Shown: positions 7,465 to 19,068, numbered from the stretch's first letter. The stretch: 64,000 nucleotides of DNA from an uncultured bacterium (GCA_949292245.1 CASEYV010000001.1:183313-247312), one strand, 5' to 3'. Notes: generated from the sequence alone by a model not told the origin. Made by a program: numbers and translations.

Positions 7465-10179
7465 ATGTCAGCTTTAGATAAAAATAAGATATTTTTTGGA
7501 TTAATACATTATGTATTATCAGAACAAAATAATGTTGATTGGATATTAAAAACCAGTTTAGTAAATTTTACAGGTATTAATTCAACAGTTGATAATAAAA
7601 AATATAAACAAAATTCGGTAACTGATGATATTATTGAATATATATATCAAGTTAAACCATACCATGTAACATTTGAACAATTTATTGAAAAATATTCTTC
7701 AAAACAAGATGAAGTTAATGTTACAACACAAGAGCAAAATAATATTACAATGTATATTAGATATGATGCCATAACTTCTGAATTTGAAGAACAAGGAAAT
7801 ATGAATGATTATGAATATATGGACACTCATATGGCTAATAGATTGTGGTATTTTAAACATAATGATTTAAAAGCTGTGTATGGAAATGATGAAGCTATTA
7901 AAGATTATATTAAAGATGTAATGGATTGTCATTTTAAAGGTATAACTGTTGAAGGTGGTGGATTTGATATTGATAAATCAGGTTATGATGCATTTTTATA
8001 TGATTCAACATTATATGATGCTCCAACATTAACAAGTGATTATTGCTTGGTTGATTATAAAGAAAGTTTGCAATATCCATATACAAAAAGTTTTATTAAA
8101 ATTGGTTTAAAAAGTTTTAAATTAGAATCTGAAGATGAAATATATCCAGGTAATATAACAATTTATAGTGATTATAATGGTCAAACCACACAAGTTGAAA
8201 ATTTTAATTTAAAAAATAATATTGTGACATTATTTTATGCTATTAGAAAATATGAAAAATTAACTATAGTTAATACAGTTAATAATATTAGAAAAGGATA
8301 TGTTTTTGTTGGACATCCATTTATTGAAAGCGAAGATGAAACAAATATAAGAAGATTTGTTGATATCGGAACTACTGAATTTGAAATACCGGATGGTAAT
8401 TTGGGTTCAAAAAAAGTAACAGTTCATATTGAATATCCTAACGGTTCAAGAATTCCAACTACAAATTTTGAAAAAATGGATAAAAATGTCGTTATTTATG
8501 ATACTTTGAAAGAAAATTATCATGTTATATTAACTGTTATAGATTATAAACAAATTTATGATAAAATTTATACTTGGGAAGACTGTTATGGTCAAAGTAA
8601 TAATGTAATAGCATTAGATGGTGATAAATTTTTAAGACCATATTATGAAAAAGAAAGACCATCTGAATTATGTGTTTCATATCCTATACATAATTTAATG
8701 ATATATACTGAAAATAAATCTGGAAAAATTAATTCTGTATATAATGCTGATTATAAAGATTGGCAATATAAATTACCAATAACTCAAACATATGTTACTA
8801 AATTAAGTCAAGATTTAAATATAGGTGATAAAATAATTAAAATTGATAATATATCAAAAGTAATTAAACCTAAAATAGGAGAAAATAATCAAGTAATTCC
8901 TGGTAAAATTATAATTGGTTCTGAAATTATTGAATTTTATGAATATGAAATAGGAGAAAATAATCAAGGTATATTAAAATCTATCCGTAGAGCGGTAATG
9001 GGTTCATATTTGGCTGAAAAACATTACAAAGGTGATAATGTATATACTTATAATGAGCAATCATTAGTAGATTGTTCTACAAAATCAATAAGTATTACAA
9101 CATTGGTTAAAGATAATACAGAAAATAAATTTATTATTCCAGGAACATTTAAAGATAATAAAAAAATTGAAATATATAAAAAACCTTATATTAACTTATT
9201 AAGTGATATAACATATTTAGGAAAATATTTTGATATTTCTAGTGATAATGTTAATTTACCTGGAAAAGTTGAATTACAATCCGAATTATATTATAATACA
9301 GTTCATAAAAATCAATCATTTATAATTGAGTTGGCTGAAACACCTTATGAAATTACAGTTGATGATGATTGTTTTTCAATTAAAGAATTGACTGATAAAA
9401 TAACTTCTGTAATAGCAAAAACATTAGGTTTTTATGTTTATGATATGGATGGAAAATTAAAATTTTCAGCAAGTGAAGGTAAATCTATTAAAGTTTATAA
9501 TAAAAATGGAACACCTTTACAAGAAATGTTTGGTAATTCTTTAATGGGTAATAAAAGTAAATTTAATATTTGGTTAGATGGTTATAATGGTATAAGTATT
9601 AATGGTAATGATATATTATGGGGAAATGATGTAAATTCTGTTCAATGGATGAAAGATAATCCAAGACAAGGAACAATAGATGACGCTATTTCTACTATTA
9701 ATAATATGTCAAATGTTAATAAACTAGTTAAAGCATATAATCGTGATGGTTATATAGAAATTGTATCATTAGTGAATGAAGAAATTAGAATAGAAAATGT
9801 AACAAATTTATCAACACCTATTGATAATTTGTCTGAAATAGGTATTGAGCCTATAATTTTTACACAGCCATTATTTAAAAATGACACACAATTAAATTAT
9901 TATCAAGATAATCCAGATAAATTAGGTAATATTTTTATCGATAATGAAAAATTATATTTTAAAAATATTCAAAGAATAATTTCTGGAAGAAATGAATATT
10001 ATAGAATATCTAATTATTTTATTGATAAAGAATATAAAGCCAATGAAGCTAAAATTATGTCTATTAAACCTATATTAGTAGATAAAAATGATTATATTGT
10101 TAATGGTGATGATGATTATATAACATTTAAAACAATGCCATCCATTGGAGAAATAATTACTATATATAATGAAAAATAA
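7465..10179 (+). CDS. large tail fibre/baseplate structural protein
   Basis: 904-aa ORF in the tail module, followed by a fibre-tip-like gene. No family recognised. Confidence 0.4.
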   Translation: MSALDKNKIFFGLIHYVLSEQNNVDWILKTSLVNFTGINSTVDNKKYKQNSVTDDIIEYIYQVKPYHVTFEQFIEKYSSKQDEVNVTTQEQNNITMYIRYDAITSEFEEQGNMNDYEYMDTHMANRLWYFKHNDLKAVYGNDEAIKDYIKDVMDCHFKGITVEGGGFDIDKSGYDAFLYDSTLYDAPTLTSDYCLVDYKESLQYPYTKSFIKIGLKSFKLESEDEIYPGNITIYSDYNGQTTQVENFNLKNNIVTLFYAIRKYEKLTIVNTVNNIRKGYVFVGHPFIESEDETNIRRFVDIGTTEFEIPDGNLGSKKVTVHIEYPNGSRIPTTNFEKMDKNVVIYDTLKENYHVILTVIDYKQIYDKIYTWEDCYGQSNNVIALDGDKFLRPYYEKERPSELCVSYPIHNLMIYTENKSGKINSVYNADYKDWQYKLPITQTYVTKLSQDLNIGDKIIKIDNISKVIKPKIGENNQVIPGKIIIGSEIIEFYEYEIGENNQGILKSIRRAVMGSYLAEKHYKGDNVYTYNEQSLVDCSTKSISITTLVKDNTENKFIIPGTFKDNKKIEIYKKPYINLLSDITYLGKYFDISSDNVNLPGKVELQSELYYNTVHKNQSFIIELAETPYEITVDDDCFSIKELTDKITSVIAKTLGFYVYDMDGKLKFSASEGKSIKVYNKNGTPLQEMFGNSLMGNKSKFNIWLDGYNGISINGNDILWGNDVNSVQWMKDNPRQGTIDDAISTINNMSNVNKLVKAYNRDGYIEIVSLVNEEIRIENVTNLSTPIDNLSEIGIEPIIFTQPLFKNDTQLNYYQDNPDKLGNIFIDNEKLYFKNIQRIISGRNEYYRISNYFIDKEYKANEAKIMSIKPILVDKNDYIVNGDDDYITFKTMPSIGEIITIYNEK

Positions 10180-10188
10180 AGGATTTTA

Positions 10189-10578
10189 ATGGTAGATATA
10201 TCAAAAATAGACATGGATAGAATTGAAGGTTTATTATCAAAATTTGAAGAAATTTCTAATAAATTAAATTCAATGAAATATGTTGTAGAAACCGGTCAAT
10301 CTGAAGATGGAAATCAGTGGTATAGAATTTGGTCAGATGGTTGGATTGAACAAGGAGGAAATTTTGGTGGGCAAGTTGGAGGATGGACAAATACTTCAAT
10401 AACATATTTAAAAAGTTTTAAAGATTTAAATTATTCTCTCTTTCTTCAAGGAAATTGGAGTGATGCAAACGCTTCATCTTGTAAAATAAATTCTAGAACA
10501 ACAAGCACAGCTAATGTTACATATGCTAATAATCTTACGAGTGCTCAATATTCAAAATGGTATGCTTGTGGATATTAA
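10189..10578 (+). CDS. tail-fibre tip / receptor-binding-type protein (gp53-like C-terminal domain pattern)
   Basis: The WYRIWSDGWIEQGG...TSITYLKSF motif resembles the G.w.r.sdGwieqgG motif of small fibre-tip domains. An N-terminal coiled coil is also present. Confidence 0.45.
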   Translation: MVDISKIDMDRIEGLLSKFEEISNKLNSMKYVVETGQSEDGNQWYRIWSDGWIEQGGNFGGQVGGWTNTSITYLKSFKDLNYSLFLQGNWSDANASSCKINSRTTSTANVTYANNLTSAQYSKWYACGY

Positions 10579-10608
10579 AAAAGGAGCTTTAAAGCTCCTT
10601 TTATTTTT
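10579..10608. terminator. bidirectional hairpin terminator between convergent genes
   Basis: The perfect palindrome aaaaggagctttaaagctcctttt is flanked by A and T runs. Confidence 0.8.
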
Positions 10609-10624
10609 GAAAGTTTTATTATGC

Positions 10625-11239
10625 TTAAAAAGCAAGAACTTTTGACATGAGTGTTGAAACAGCACCGTCACCAGTAATAAGAGTACCATCATAATCATAT
10701 AAGTTAGCGTTATCAAATCTGATAGAGCAGTTGATTATTTGGGCATCATGATTACCATTTTCACCATCTTCAGGTTGAGCTTGTGTTAAATAACAACCTT
10801 CCATTACCCAAGTACAAATAGTATTTTGGTGACCATCTGTATTTTCAAATTTAGTAACAAATTTATAGTTTTGAGAAACAGTACCTGTAACTTGTTCAGA
10901 TAAATCACGTTGTCTTTGAATTTGACGATATAATGATTTGTAACCAGCATTATCATATGAGTCATAAACAGTAAATGAAACTGGGTCCCAAGTCCATAAA
11001 CCTGGATAATAAATTGGACCATTTACAGTATCGATTTGTTTATCTTCAAATTTTCCTTTTGGTGTTTGGAATGTTTTCATATCCATTGATACATCTTCAC
11101 CACCGATAGGAGCAGCAAATCCCTCAAATATAACTCTATAACGAGTTTTAAGTTTTGGGAATTTAACTCTTTGATTTCTATCTTCAAGTTTAGTACCAAA
11201 TTTAGAAAGTGAGTTTATATAATCCATTGTAATCTCCAA
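10625..11239 (-). CDS. tail tube protein, T4 gp19 family
   Basis: TWDPVSFTVYDSYDNAGYKSLYRQI and WVMEGCYLTQAQPEDGENGNHDAQIINCSIRFDN align with gp19 TFDDWTVTVMNDEAHDARQKFVDW and EIKGLWPTNVGELQLDWDSNNEIQTFEVTLALDY. Codon usage looks like that of a highly expressed gene. Confidence 0.6.
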   Translation of the reverse strand: MEITMDYINSLSKFGTKLEDRNQRVKFPKLKTRYRVIFEGFAAPIGGEDVSMDMKTFQTPKGKFEDKQIDTVNGPIYYPGLWTWDPVSFTVYDSYDNAGYKSLYRQIQRQRDLSEQVTGTVSQNYKFVTKFENTDGHQNTICTWVMEGCYLTQAQPEDGENGNHDAQIINCSIRFDNANLYDYDGTLITGDGAVSTLMSKVLAF

Positions 11240-11257
11240 TATAGTAAATTATAAAAA

Positions 11258-11265
11258 TATTTATT
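11258..11265 (-). promoter_or_regulatory. late promoter variant AATAAATA
   Basis: Lies 19 nt upstream of the tube gene ATG at 11239 on the minus strand. Confidence 0.4.
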
Positions 11266-11316
11266 AGTTAAATATATTTATTCGTTAATTAGGGATTAAA
11301 ATTGTAATCTTTCTTT

Positions 11317-11324
11317 TATAAATA
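11317..11324 (+). promoter_or_regulatory. late promoter TATAAATA
   Basis: Exact motif 29 nt upstream of the ATG at 11353. Confidence 0.55.
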
Positions 11325-11352
11325 TTATTATGAATATTTAAAGGATAATAAT

Positions 11353-14300
11353 ATGGCAATCAAACAAGTTGTTAAAAAAGACCTTAAAGAGTTTTTTCCA
11401 AAAGAATTTTCAAATAGACGATTAATCGGAAAATTTATTGATTATGTTATGAATAATTTCTTTCAAACATCATCAGAAGAATATATTAATGGTTATGTTG
11501 GTAAAAAATCTGTAGCTTTGGAAGAAGGTGATTTTTATATTAAAGAAAATTCTTCTGAAAGACAAGTTTATCAATTAACTCCAGCTTTAATCTCTAAAGA
11601 TGCTATTACAGGAGAAAATAAGGCGATAGTTGAGTATTGTAATTTTATTAATACATTAAAATTACAAGGTTGTGATATTAATGACCAAAATAGATTATTA
11701 TCCAATGAATATTGGTCTTGGTGTCCACCAATTAATATTGATATGTTTTTAAATTATAATTTTTATTATTGGATAGAAGAAGGACAAGACCCTATTGAAA
11801 TAGTTGGTAGAACTAATATTATTTTAGATATTCTTGGTAAAGAGCATTATACATATATTAATGAAGAAAATTCAGATGATAGAGTTGAATTTTTATCTGG
11901 ATTAAGAGTAAAATTTTTAAATGATGAAAACCCAGAATATAATAATAAAGTTTATATTGTAGAAGGGGTTGGAAAATCTATAGAATTGATTGAAGATGAT
12001 AATATTTTATATTCAAAAAATATAGAACCAGACTACTATGTAATGGAAAGAGGTTGTGTTGATGGAAACTCTTGGTCATTAAGAAATAGATGGTTTCATC
12101 GTTCAGTTATTTCTAAGATGACTGCTATTGAAACAAAAAAATATAAACAAGCTAAAAAACCAATTATATGTTTTAATAAAGATATACAATTATATAATTA
12201 TGGTACATATAATCGTGGTTATGTTGATTTATATGTTGAAGCTAAAAAAAGTTCAATACACGGTGTTGCTCCACAACCAATTCAAAATGTTGAATTAAAA
12301 GATGGTATGACAATATTAATAACCGGTGATGATAATGTTGAAAATAATAATAAAATTTATCAAATATCTGGTGTTTCTAGTATTAATACTGTAATTTTAC
12401 AACCTATTATTAATGGTTTGTCAGCATCTGGTGAAGCGGTTGATGGTGAAGGTATTAATATTAGATTAGGAAGATATGCTGGACAATATTTTTATTTTAA
12501 AGATGGTCAATGGATTAACGGACAACAAAAAAATAATATAAATCAATCTCCATTGTTTAAATTATTTGATGATAATAAAGTTGAATTAGACAATAATTTA
12601 ATTTATCCACAATCATCATTTAAAGGTAGTAAATTATTTGATTATGTTGAAACTGATGCTGAAAATGCTGTTTATGATGAAGATTTAGGAAAATACATAT
12701 TAACAGATGGTTATGGAAACTATAAATTTAATAATTTATTAGATTCTGAATCGTTTACATATAATTATTACGATACAATTAAAACATATACAGGGTTCAA
12801 ATTTTTTAAATTAAATGGTTCTGATACTTATTTAAATACATGGTATTTGTCTAAAGATATTACTTCGCAATATATAACAACTGAAATAACAGTTACTGAT
12901 ATTCGTGAATATAAAGAAATAGAAGAAGAATCTGGATTAAAAACAAAATATACAGTTTATAAATTAGCATATCAACCAGATGTATCAAATATTAGAAAAT
13001 CATCATTTGTATATTTAAATGGGACATTATTAAATGAAAAAATTGATTATTTGATTCAAGATAAGCAACTTTTATTAACTGAAAATGTATCTTTAAAAGT
13101 TGATGATAATTTGTATATTAAATTATTGGTTAAAAAATTAGATAGTGAAATAGCTGAAAATTATTTTTATGATTTACCTTTATCATTGACAGCCAATGCA
13201 ATGAATGGAAATATAACAGAAATTAATTATAGTGAGTGCTTTGACCAATTAAAATCAATAATTGAAAATCAAAGTAATTTTGAAGGCGAAGGTGGCGGTT
13301 ATAATAATTATAATAATACTAAAAAAGACTTGTCATTGGGAACAGAAATTTTACAACATTCAAATCCTATTTTGAAAACAATGTTATTAAATTCTCAACA
13401 ATATACTAATATTAGAAATATTTTGGAATTTATAAGCAATGAATATTCTAAATTTAAAAATAAATTTAAAACAGTTATTACAACAATGAGTAATAATGGA
13501 GAATATACAGAGGAAAGCGATGTTGTAAAAATTGTAATGGAAGCTCTTAATAGAATTAATTTGGGCAAAGAAGGATTAAACGCATTTTATAATAATGGTG
13601 TGGCTTCTGAATTTGGTGAAACATATATACCTGCTACTCCAGCATATTTAGGAATTGATAATTGTTATAAGCCAGAAATTATAACATTAGATAATCAGAA
13701 TAAATCTACTGTTTTATTATGTCATGATGGTTCTTATACACAATTATTTAATGATTATAGAGATAATGCTTTATTGAGAATGGAACAAGCTATATATGAT
13801 TCTATACCTTTAAAATGGAAAACAACTTTACCTGTTTATAATAAGTATAAAAATATTCCTGGTAAATTTAGAAAAACTGATTATTCTTTAACAGAATATA
13901 AAGATTTTTCAGTTCCATTTTTGGAAAAATGGTGTAATGATAATAATTATGATTATACTGACCATTCTAATTTTGATTATACTGACCCATTTACTTGGAA
14001 TTATTCAACTTGTATAGATGTAGATGGTGAACAATTATATGGTTCATACCGTTCAATATATTTGTATTATTATGATACATATAGACCTCATACTCACCCA
14101 TGGGAAATGATAGGTTTTGGTTCAAAACCAGATTGGTGGGAATCATATTATGGTAAAGCTCCATATAATTCTTCAAATATTCCAATGTGGAAAGACATTG
14201 AAAATGGTTATATAGCTGATGGTGAAAATAAAGGAATTCATGAAGAATTTAAACGTCCTAATTTGGTTGAAAAATATTTACCAGTTGATGAAAATGGAAA

Positions 14301-17300
14301 TTTATTAAATCCAATACAAATAGGTATTGTAACTAAAGCTCCTATTGCGTTCTATGCTTCTCAACCATGGGTAGCTGGTGATATGGGTAGTGTTGAAACA
14401 GCTTGGACATTTACTTCTGAATATAGATATAATTTACAAACAATAATGTATTTAATGAGACCTATTGAATGGGTTGAACATAATTGGGATACTTTAAATA
14501 GAATTACTTTATTTAAAGGAACTGATTATGAACAAACAATTTATGAAAATACAATTAATAGACCATCACCATCAGAAATATATGTTCATAATGAAGTAAT
14601 AGACGGAGTTTATTTAAAGAATATAGGTATTCAACAATGGATATCTGACTTTTTGACAAATGAAAACATTAGTATTACAGATTATGCCGGCTCAATGATA
14701 AGAAATATAGATATGGTTTTATCTTATCGTTGCGGAAGATACTTTAAAAAAGATAGTTTAAAAATTATTTCTGATAATTATGGTGTTTTACCATCACAAA
14801 ATTATCATATTGATTTATACAAATCACAAACAAATAAACAATCTGTATATTCAGCTATGTTAATCACTAAAGTTGAAAATGGCTATATGTTAGATGGTTA
14901 TAATTTAAGTGACCCATATTTTAATGTTTTTGAACCAATATTAACAGGTAAAAAAACAAATGTTGAAATTAATAATAAAAATGTAATTTATTATAATAAT
15001 TGGAAAACAGATGGTGATAATAATGTTCGTAGAGTTAAATATAAAACTATTTTTACATCTGTTCAAGAATTATTCAATATTATTTGTGGTTATGGCAAAT
15101 ATTTAGAAGAAATGGAAGGCTGGGTATTTAATAAAGTTTTATCTTCTTCTGGAACATTAATAGATTTTAATACAAAAGCTGAAGATTTTGTTAAATGGGT
15201 TACATTAAATCCAACTAATGGTCAATTAATAATATTGAATCCAGGTTTTGAAGGCTTAACAATAATGCATGATGCATTTTTAGATACTGTTGGTCAATAT
15301 ATAAATGGATATTGGACTGTATTAGATACAAATGGAAATCCAATATATAATAATGAATTAGATGTTTATCGTCATAATGGTTATTCTGATATAATGTCAA
15401 AAGTTAAAGTATTGACAACATTGAAAACAAATATTGTTGAAAATGAGCATATTATTTTATTTGACAATAAAACATTATATGGTGACATATTATACGACCC
15501 AATGTTATGTATTAAAGCACAACGATTAAAAATAATTGGAACTGCTGTATCTGATTGGGATGGAACATTCTATGCTCCAGGATATTTAATTGATAGTGAT
15601 GGAGCTGTTCCTAATTATGATAAATTAGCAGAAGACTTTAAATACTTTTTTGATACAGATGATGTTAGAGCTCAAGGAATATTTGGAGATTATGCCAAAA
15701 AAACAATAGGATTTCAAAAATTACCAAATATGGAAAGATTATTAATTGATGATAGAAATATTTTTGATTTCTATAAAGGTATGTTAAAAGAAAAAGGTAC
15801 AAGACGTTCATTTGGTAAATTAAATCGTTCAAATTATATTATGAATAATAATAGTTCTCAAATAGATTTATATGAGAATTGGGCTTTCAAATTGGGAGAA
15901 TTTGGTTATACTTCAGATAACTACTTAATGGAGTTTAAAATAAATGCTAAAGATATAACACAAGACCCTCAAATTATTTCATTTACAACTTCTGATATTC
16001 CAAATAATGATAATTCAATAATTGAAATTTGTTGGAATGATAAAAATTGGTTGAAAAAATTAGCAAATAAAGAAGATAATACATTTTTATTTAATAATAA
16101 TACTAAATTTAATCCTATCGGTGGTTTTGCTAGAATAGAAGATGTAAATTATATAGTGGCTAATGATGAAGAATTTGAAAAAGTTCAAGAAAATATTAAA
16201 TTAAATGAAACTATTTGGGTTGTTAAAACATCAAATAAGAATTGGGATATATTAAAAAAAGTTGAAGATGGATTTATGTCCATGAGAGTTAATAATATAT
16301 CTCAATTAAAAACTTTTGATACTTCAAAATTGGTTAAAAATGATTTAGTTTATGTATCAGCTGATATTTTGAATAATCATCTTGATTATGTTAAAGACCC
16401 AGAAAATTTAATGCGTAAAGGTCAATATATTGTTGATAGTATTGCTTGGTCAATATTTAAATATAATGGCGAAGATTTTGAACTTTATCGTATTCAAAAT
16501 AAGGTTGTAGATTTGACAAAATTCAATGATTGTTTTATGATAAATGATGATACAAATGAAACTTTATCAAAAATTCATTTATATGACCCAATACAAGGTA
16601 TTATTCCAAATAAAGTGTTAGATGAAGTTAATTATATTACTTCTATTGACCCTGTATTTGATTATAATGATTTTTATAAATGGGGTGATGACAAAGTTGG
16701 TTATTTGTGGTGGGATATATCAAAAGTAAGATATCTTGATTACCATCAAGGTGATATTTATTATAGAAGAAAGAATTGGGGTAAGCAATTACCAGGTTCT
16801 GAAATAGCTGTTTATGAATGGTATAAATCAAATAAAAAACCAGATGATAATACAGTTAAATATGTTACAAAAGAATTATATAATTATGAAACATCAACAT
16901 ATGATACTTACTATTATTATTGGATTAAAAATCCATCTGATATACCAGATGTTGATTTTAGACACATATCTGCATTAACAATTTCACAAACTATTAATTC
17001 TCCACAAGATGAAGGTATAATATGGTTTGCTCCATTATATATTGGAACCGGCGATTATAAATACAGTTCGTTTATTATTGGTAATTTCGATAATGTTTCT
17101 ACAGGTAATGATTTTGTAATTCAGTTTAATTTTAAAAATGCTGTTGATATGGATGAGCATGTTGAATGGGTTTTAGTTCGTGAGGGTGATGACGATAGAA
17201 TTCCTGAATCATTGTGGAATAAAATGAAATATAGTTTAATAGGATATGATTCATTAGGAAATGCTATTCCAGACCCATCATTAGATGATAGAAATAAAAT

Positions 17301-18036
17301 TGGTATTTTGATTAGACCAAGACAAACAATGTTTAAGAGTTTAGAAAATTCTCGTAGAAATTTTGTTGATGTTGTTAATGATATATTTGATACTCGTGAT
17401 GTAATGACATCTACAGATGTAGGAACGACTGAATTTAATAAAACATTTTTAGATAGTGACCCATATCCTGAAAGTGATTTTGAACCATTTGAATCTTATT
17501 ATGATATGCAACAAAACAAAGATTCAAGTTTAATTGGTAAAAAATTACTTGTAGAACATGATGAAAATTACGATGGTATATGGACATTGTGGGAAATGAC
17601 AGCTATTGGTAAATTTAAATTGTTACAATATCAAACATATGATGTTAAAAAATATTGGTATTATAAAGATTTATATAAAGATGTTAAAGCATCTATGGAA
17701 CAACCATTGAGAATATTTGAAACTGAAGTAGAATTAAATGATTATTTCTATAATCATAATACAGTTGAAAAAGGTTCTATATATAAAGTTTATAACCGTG
17801 AAGGTAAATGGGAACTTGTTGAATTTACTGGTATGCAAGGAACTGTTCCAACATTTAACAAAATAGGTATGCAAGATGGAACTATTAATTTAACTGATGG
17901 ATTATATGAATTTTTATCTAATAAATCAATTGTTGACGATACAAATAAATTTATTGGAGATATTACAAAATATGAATATTTAATGAATGAAACATCTATT
18001 ATTATTGATAAAATAATATCATATTTTGAAAAATAA
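11353..18036 (+). CDS. giant (2227-aa) virion structural protein (baseplate/fibre class)
   Basis: Uninterrupted 6.7-kb ORF with a late promoter and terminator, set in the tail module. No family recognised. Confidence 0.5.
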   Translation: MAIKQVVKKDLKEFFPKEFSNRRLIGKFIDYVMNNFFQTSSEEYINGYVGKKSVALEEGDFYIKENSSERQVYQLTPALISKDAITGENKAIVEYCNFINTLKLQGCDINDQNRLLSNEYWSWCPPINIDMFLNYNFYYWIEEGQDPIEIVGRTNIILDILGKEHYTYINEENSDDRVEFLSGLRVKFLNDENPEYNNKVYIVEGVGKSIELIEDDNILYSKNIEPDYYVMERGCVDGNSWSLRNRWFHRSVISKMTAIETKKYKQAKKPIICFNKDIQLYNYGTYNRGYVDLYVEAKKSSIHGVAPQPIQNVELKDGMTILITGDDNVENNNKIYQISGVSSINTVILQPIINGLSASGEAVDGEGINIRLGRYAGQYFYFKDGQWINGQQKNNINQSPLFKLFDDNKVELDNNLIYPQSSFKGSKLFDYVETDAENAVYDEDLGKYILTDGYGNYKFNNLLDSESFTYNYYDTIKTYTGFKFFKLNGSDTYLNTWYLSKDITSQYITTEITVTDIREYKEIEEESGLKTKYTVYKLAYQPDVSNIRKSSFVYLNGTLLNEKIDYLIQDKQLLLTENVSLKVDDNLYIKLLVKKLDSEIAENYFYDLPLSLTANAMNGNITEINYSECFDQLKSIIENQSNFEGEGGGYNNYNNTKKDLSLGTEILQHSNPILKTMLLNSQQYTNIRNILEFISNEYSKFKNKFKTVITTMSNNGEYTEESDVVKIVMEALNRINLGKEGLNAFYNNGVASEFGETYIPATPAYLGIDNCYKPEIITLDNQNKSTVLLCHDGSYTQLFNDYRDNALLRMEQAIYDSIPLKWKTTLPVYNKYKNIPGKFRKTDYSLTEYKDFSVPFLEKWCNDNNYDYTDHSNFDYTDPFTWNYSTCIDVDGEQLYGSYRSIYLYYYDTYRPHTHPWEMIGFGSKPDWWESYYGKAPYNSSNIPMWKDIENGYIADGENKGIHEEFKRPNLVEKYLPVDENGNLLNPIQIGIVTKAPIAFYASQPWVAGDMGSVETAWTFTSEYRYNLQTIMYLMRPIEWVEHNWDTLNRITLFKGTDYEQTIYENTINRPSPSEIYVHNEVIDGVYLKNIGIQQWISDFLTNENISITDYAGSMIRNIDMVLSYRCGRYFKKDSLKIISDNYGVLPSQNYHIDLYKSQTNKQSVYSAMLITKVENGYMLDGYNLSDPYFNVFEPILTGKKTNVEINNKNVIYYNNWKTDGDNNVRRVKYKTIFTSVQELFNIICGYGKYLEEMEGWVFNKVLSSSGTLIDFNTKAEDFVKWVTLNPTNGQLIILNPGFEGLTIMHDAFLDTVGQYINGYWTVLDTNGNPIYNNELDVYRHNGYSDIMSKVKVLTTLKTNIVENEHIILFDNKTLYGDILYDPMLCIKAQRLKIIGTAVSDWDGTFYAPGYLIDSDGAVPNYDKLAEDFKYFFDTDDVRAQGIFGDYAKKTIGFQKLPNMERLLIDDRNIFDFYKGMLKEKGTRRSFGKLNRSNYIMNNNSSQIDLYENWAFKLGEFGYTSDNYLMEFKINAKDITQDPQIISFTTSDIPNNDNSIIEICWNDKNWLKKLANKEDNTFLFNNNTKFNPIGGFARIEDVNYIVANDEEFEKVQENIKLNETIWVVKTSNKNWDILKKVEDGFMSMRVNNISQLKTFDTSKLVKNDLVYVSADILNNHLDYVKDPENLMRKGQYIVDSIAWSIFKYNGEDFELYRIQNKVVDLTKFNDCFMINDDTNETLSKIHLYDPIQGIIPNKVLDEVNYITSIDPVFDYNDFYKWGDDKVGYLWWDISKVRYLDYHQGDIYYRRKNWGKQLPGSEIAVYEWYKSNKKPDDNTVKYVTKELYNYETSTYDTYYYYWIKNPSDIPDVDFRHISALTISQTINSPQDEGIIWFAPLYIGTGDYKYSSFIIGNFDNVSTGNDFVIQFNFKNAVDMDEHVEWVLVREGDDDRIPESLWNKMKYSLIGYDSLGNAIPDPSLDDRNKIGILIRPRQTMFKSLENSRRNFVDVVNDIFDTRDVMTSTDVGTTEFNKTFLDSDPYPESDFEPFESYYDMQQNKDSSLIGKKLLVEHDENYDGIWTLWEMTAIGKFKLLQYQTYDVKKYWYYKDLYKDVKASMEQPLRIFETEVELNDYFYNHNTVEKGSIYKVYNREGKWELVEFTGMQGTVPTFNKIGMQDGTINLTDGLYEFLSNKSIVDDTNKFIGDITKYEYLMNETSIIIDKIISYFEK

Positions 18037-18040
18037 ATTA

Positions 18041-18072
18041 AAAGAGTGATATAATTAAATATCACTCTTTTT
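18041..18072 (+). terminator. rho-independent terminator
   Basis: aaagagtgatat-aattaa-atatcactcttt followed by T residues. Confidence 0.8.
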
Positions 18073-18076
18073 CATA

Positions 18077-18084
18077 TATAAATA
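18077..18084 (+). promoter_or_regulatory. late promoter TATAAATA
   Basis: Exact motif 23 nt upstream of the ATG at 18107. Confidence 0.55.
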
Positions 18085-18106
18085 TTGATATTATAAAGGA
18101 GAAATT

Positions 18107-19039
18107 ATGAATAATCCATTATTAGATTTTGCAAGAAAACCTGAATTATCAATTAAATTACCATCAAATTGTGCATGGTATGATGACGGTGATATAGAAT
18201 ATACTTTAAATGGAGAAGTCGAAGTATATCCAATGTTACCAAAAGATGAATTGATTTTGATGAATCCAGATTCTTTATTATCTGGTGAAGCTAATATTCA
18301 ATTAATAAAATCTTGTGTTCCTGCTATTAAAAATCCTGAAAAATTATTATATCCTGATGCTAATGTATTATTTTTAGCGATACAAAAAGCAACATATGGT
18401 GATTCTTTAACTATGAATATTATATGTCCAGAATGTCAAAAAAGAGCTATTGCATTGGGTGATAAGGAAAAAATAGCTGAAGGTGAGAAAAAAGGAGATT
18501 TTATTTTACATTCACAAGAAATGGAATTTAGTATTAATGAAATTCTTCAACGTATAACTTATCTTGAACCATATTATGAAGTAAAAATTGAAAATGGCTT
18601 AATTATATATTTAAAACCTAATACATTAAAAGATAAAATGCAATATAGTTTAATGAGTTTTAATCAAGAAAAAATAGTTAAAGCCTATAAAGAATATAGT
18701 TATGAAGAATCTATTGAAGATGAGGAAAAAAGACATGTAATGTCAGAAGTTGCTAAAAGTTATTATAAAATGAATGAAATTGGTAATGATTTGATAACAA
18801 GTTGTATTAAAGAAATTAGATTGCCTGATGATACTTTTATTGCTGATAGAGATATGATATATGAATTTGTAACTAATACAAAATCAAGTATAATAACAAA
18901 TTTACATGATAAAATTAAAGAAATTAATGATATTGGATTACCAACTACATTAAATTATAGATGTTCTTGTTGTAATCATGAATGGGAAGAAAAATTTTAT
19001 GGTTTTAATCAAGTAGATTTTTTCGGGATAGGCTCTTAA
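18107..19039 (+). CDS. baseplate hub protein, T4 gp26-like pattern, with four Cys (CPEC...CSCC)
   Basis: VEVYPMLPKDELILMNPDSLLSGEA...IKSCVP...YPDANVLFLAIQKATYGDSLTMNIICPECQ resembles the remembered gp26-family pattern (..EE.iLl......i..Cv.....D.e.lfl.iR..s.G....C..C). It lies upstream of a tape-measure-like gene, as gene 26 lies upstream of gene 29 in T4. Confidence 0.45.
   Translation: MNNPLLDFARKPELSIKLPSNCAWYDDGDIEYTLNGEVEVYPMLPKDELILMNPDSLLSGEANIQLIKSCVPAIKNPEKLLYPDANVLFLAIQKATYGDSLTMNIICPECQKRAIALGDKEKIAEGEKKGDFILHSQEMEFSINEILQRITYLEPYYEVKIENGLIIYLKPNTLKDKMQYSLMSFNQEKIVKAYKEYSYEESIEDEEKRHVMSEVAKSYYKMNEIGNDLITSCIKEIRLPDDTFIADRDMIYEFVTNTKSSIITNLHDKIKEINDIGLPTTLNYRCSCCNHEWEEKFYGFNQVDFFGIGS
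19018..19024 (+). other. candidate -1 ribosomal slippery heptamer T_TTT_TTC
   Basis: The zero-frame codons are GAT TTT TTC GGG, five codons before the stop. The -1 frame is open from 19009 to 19257. Confidence 0.4.
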
Positions 19040-19068
19040 TATCTAATGATGAACAAATCAATACTTTA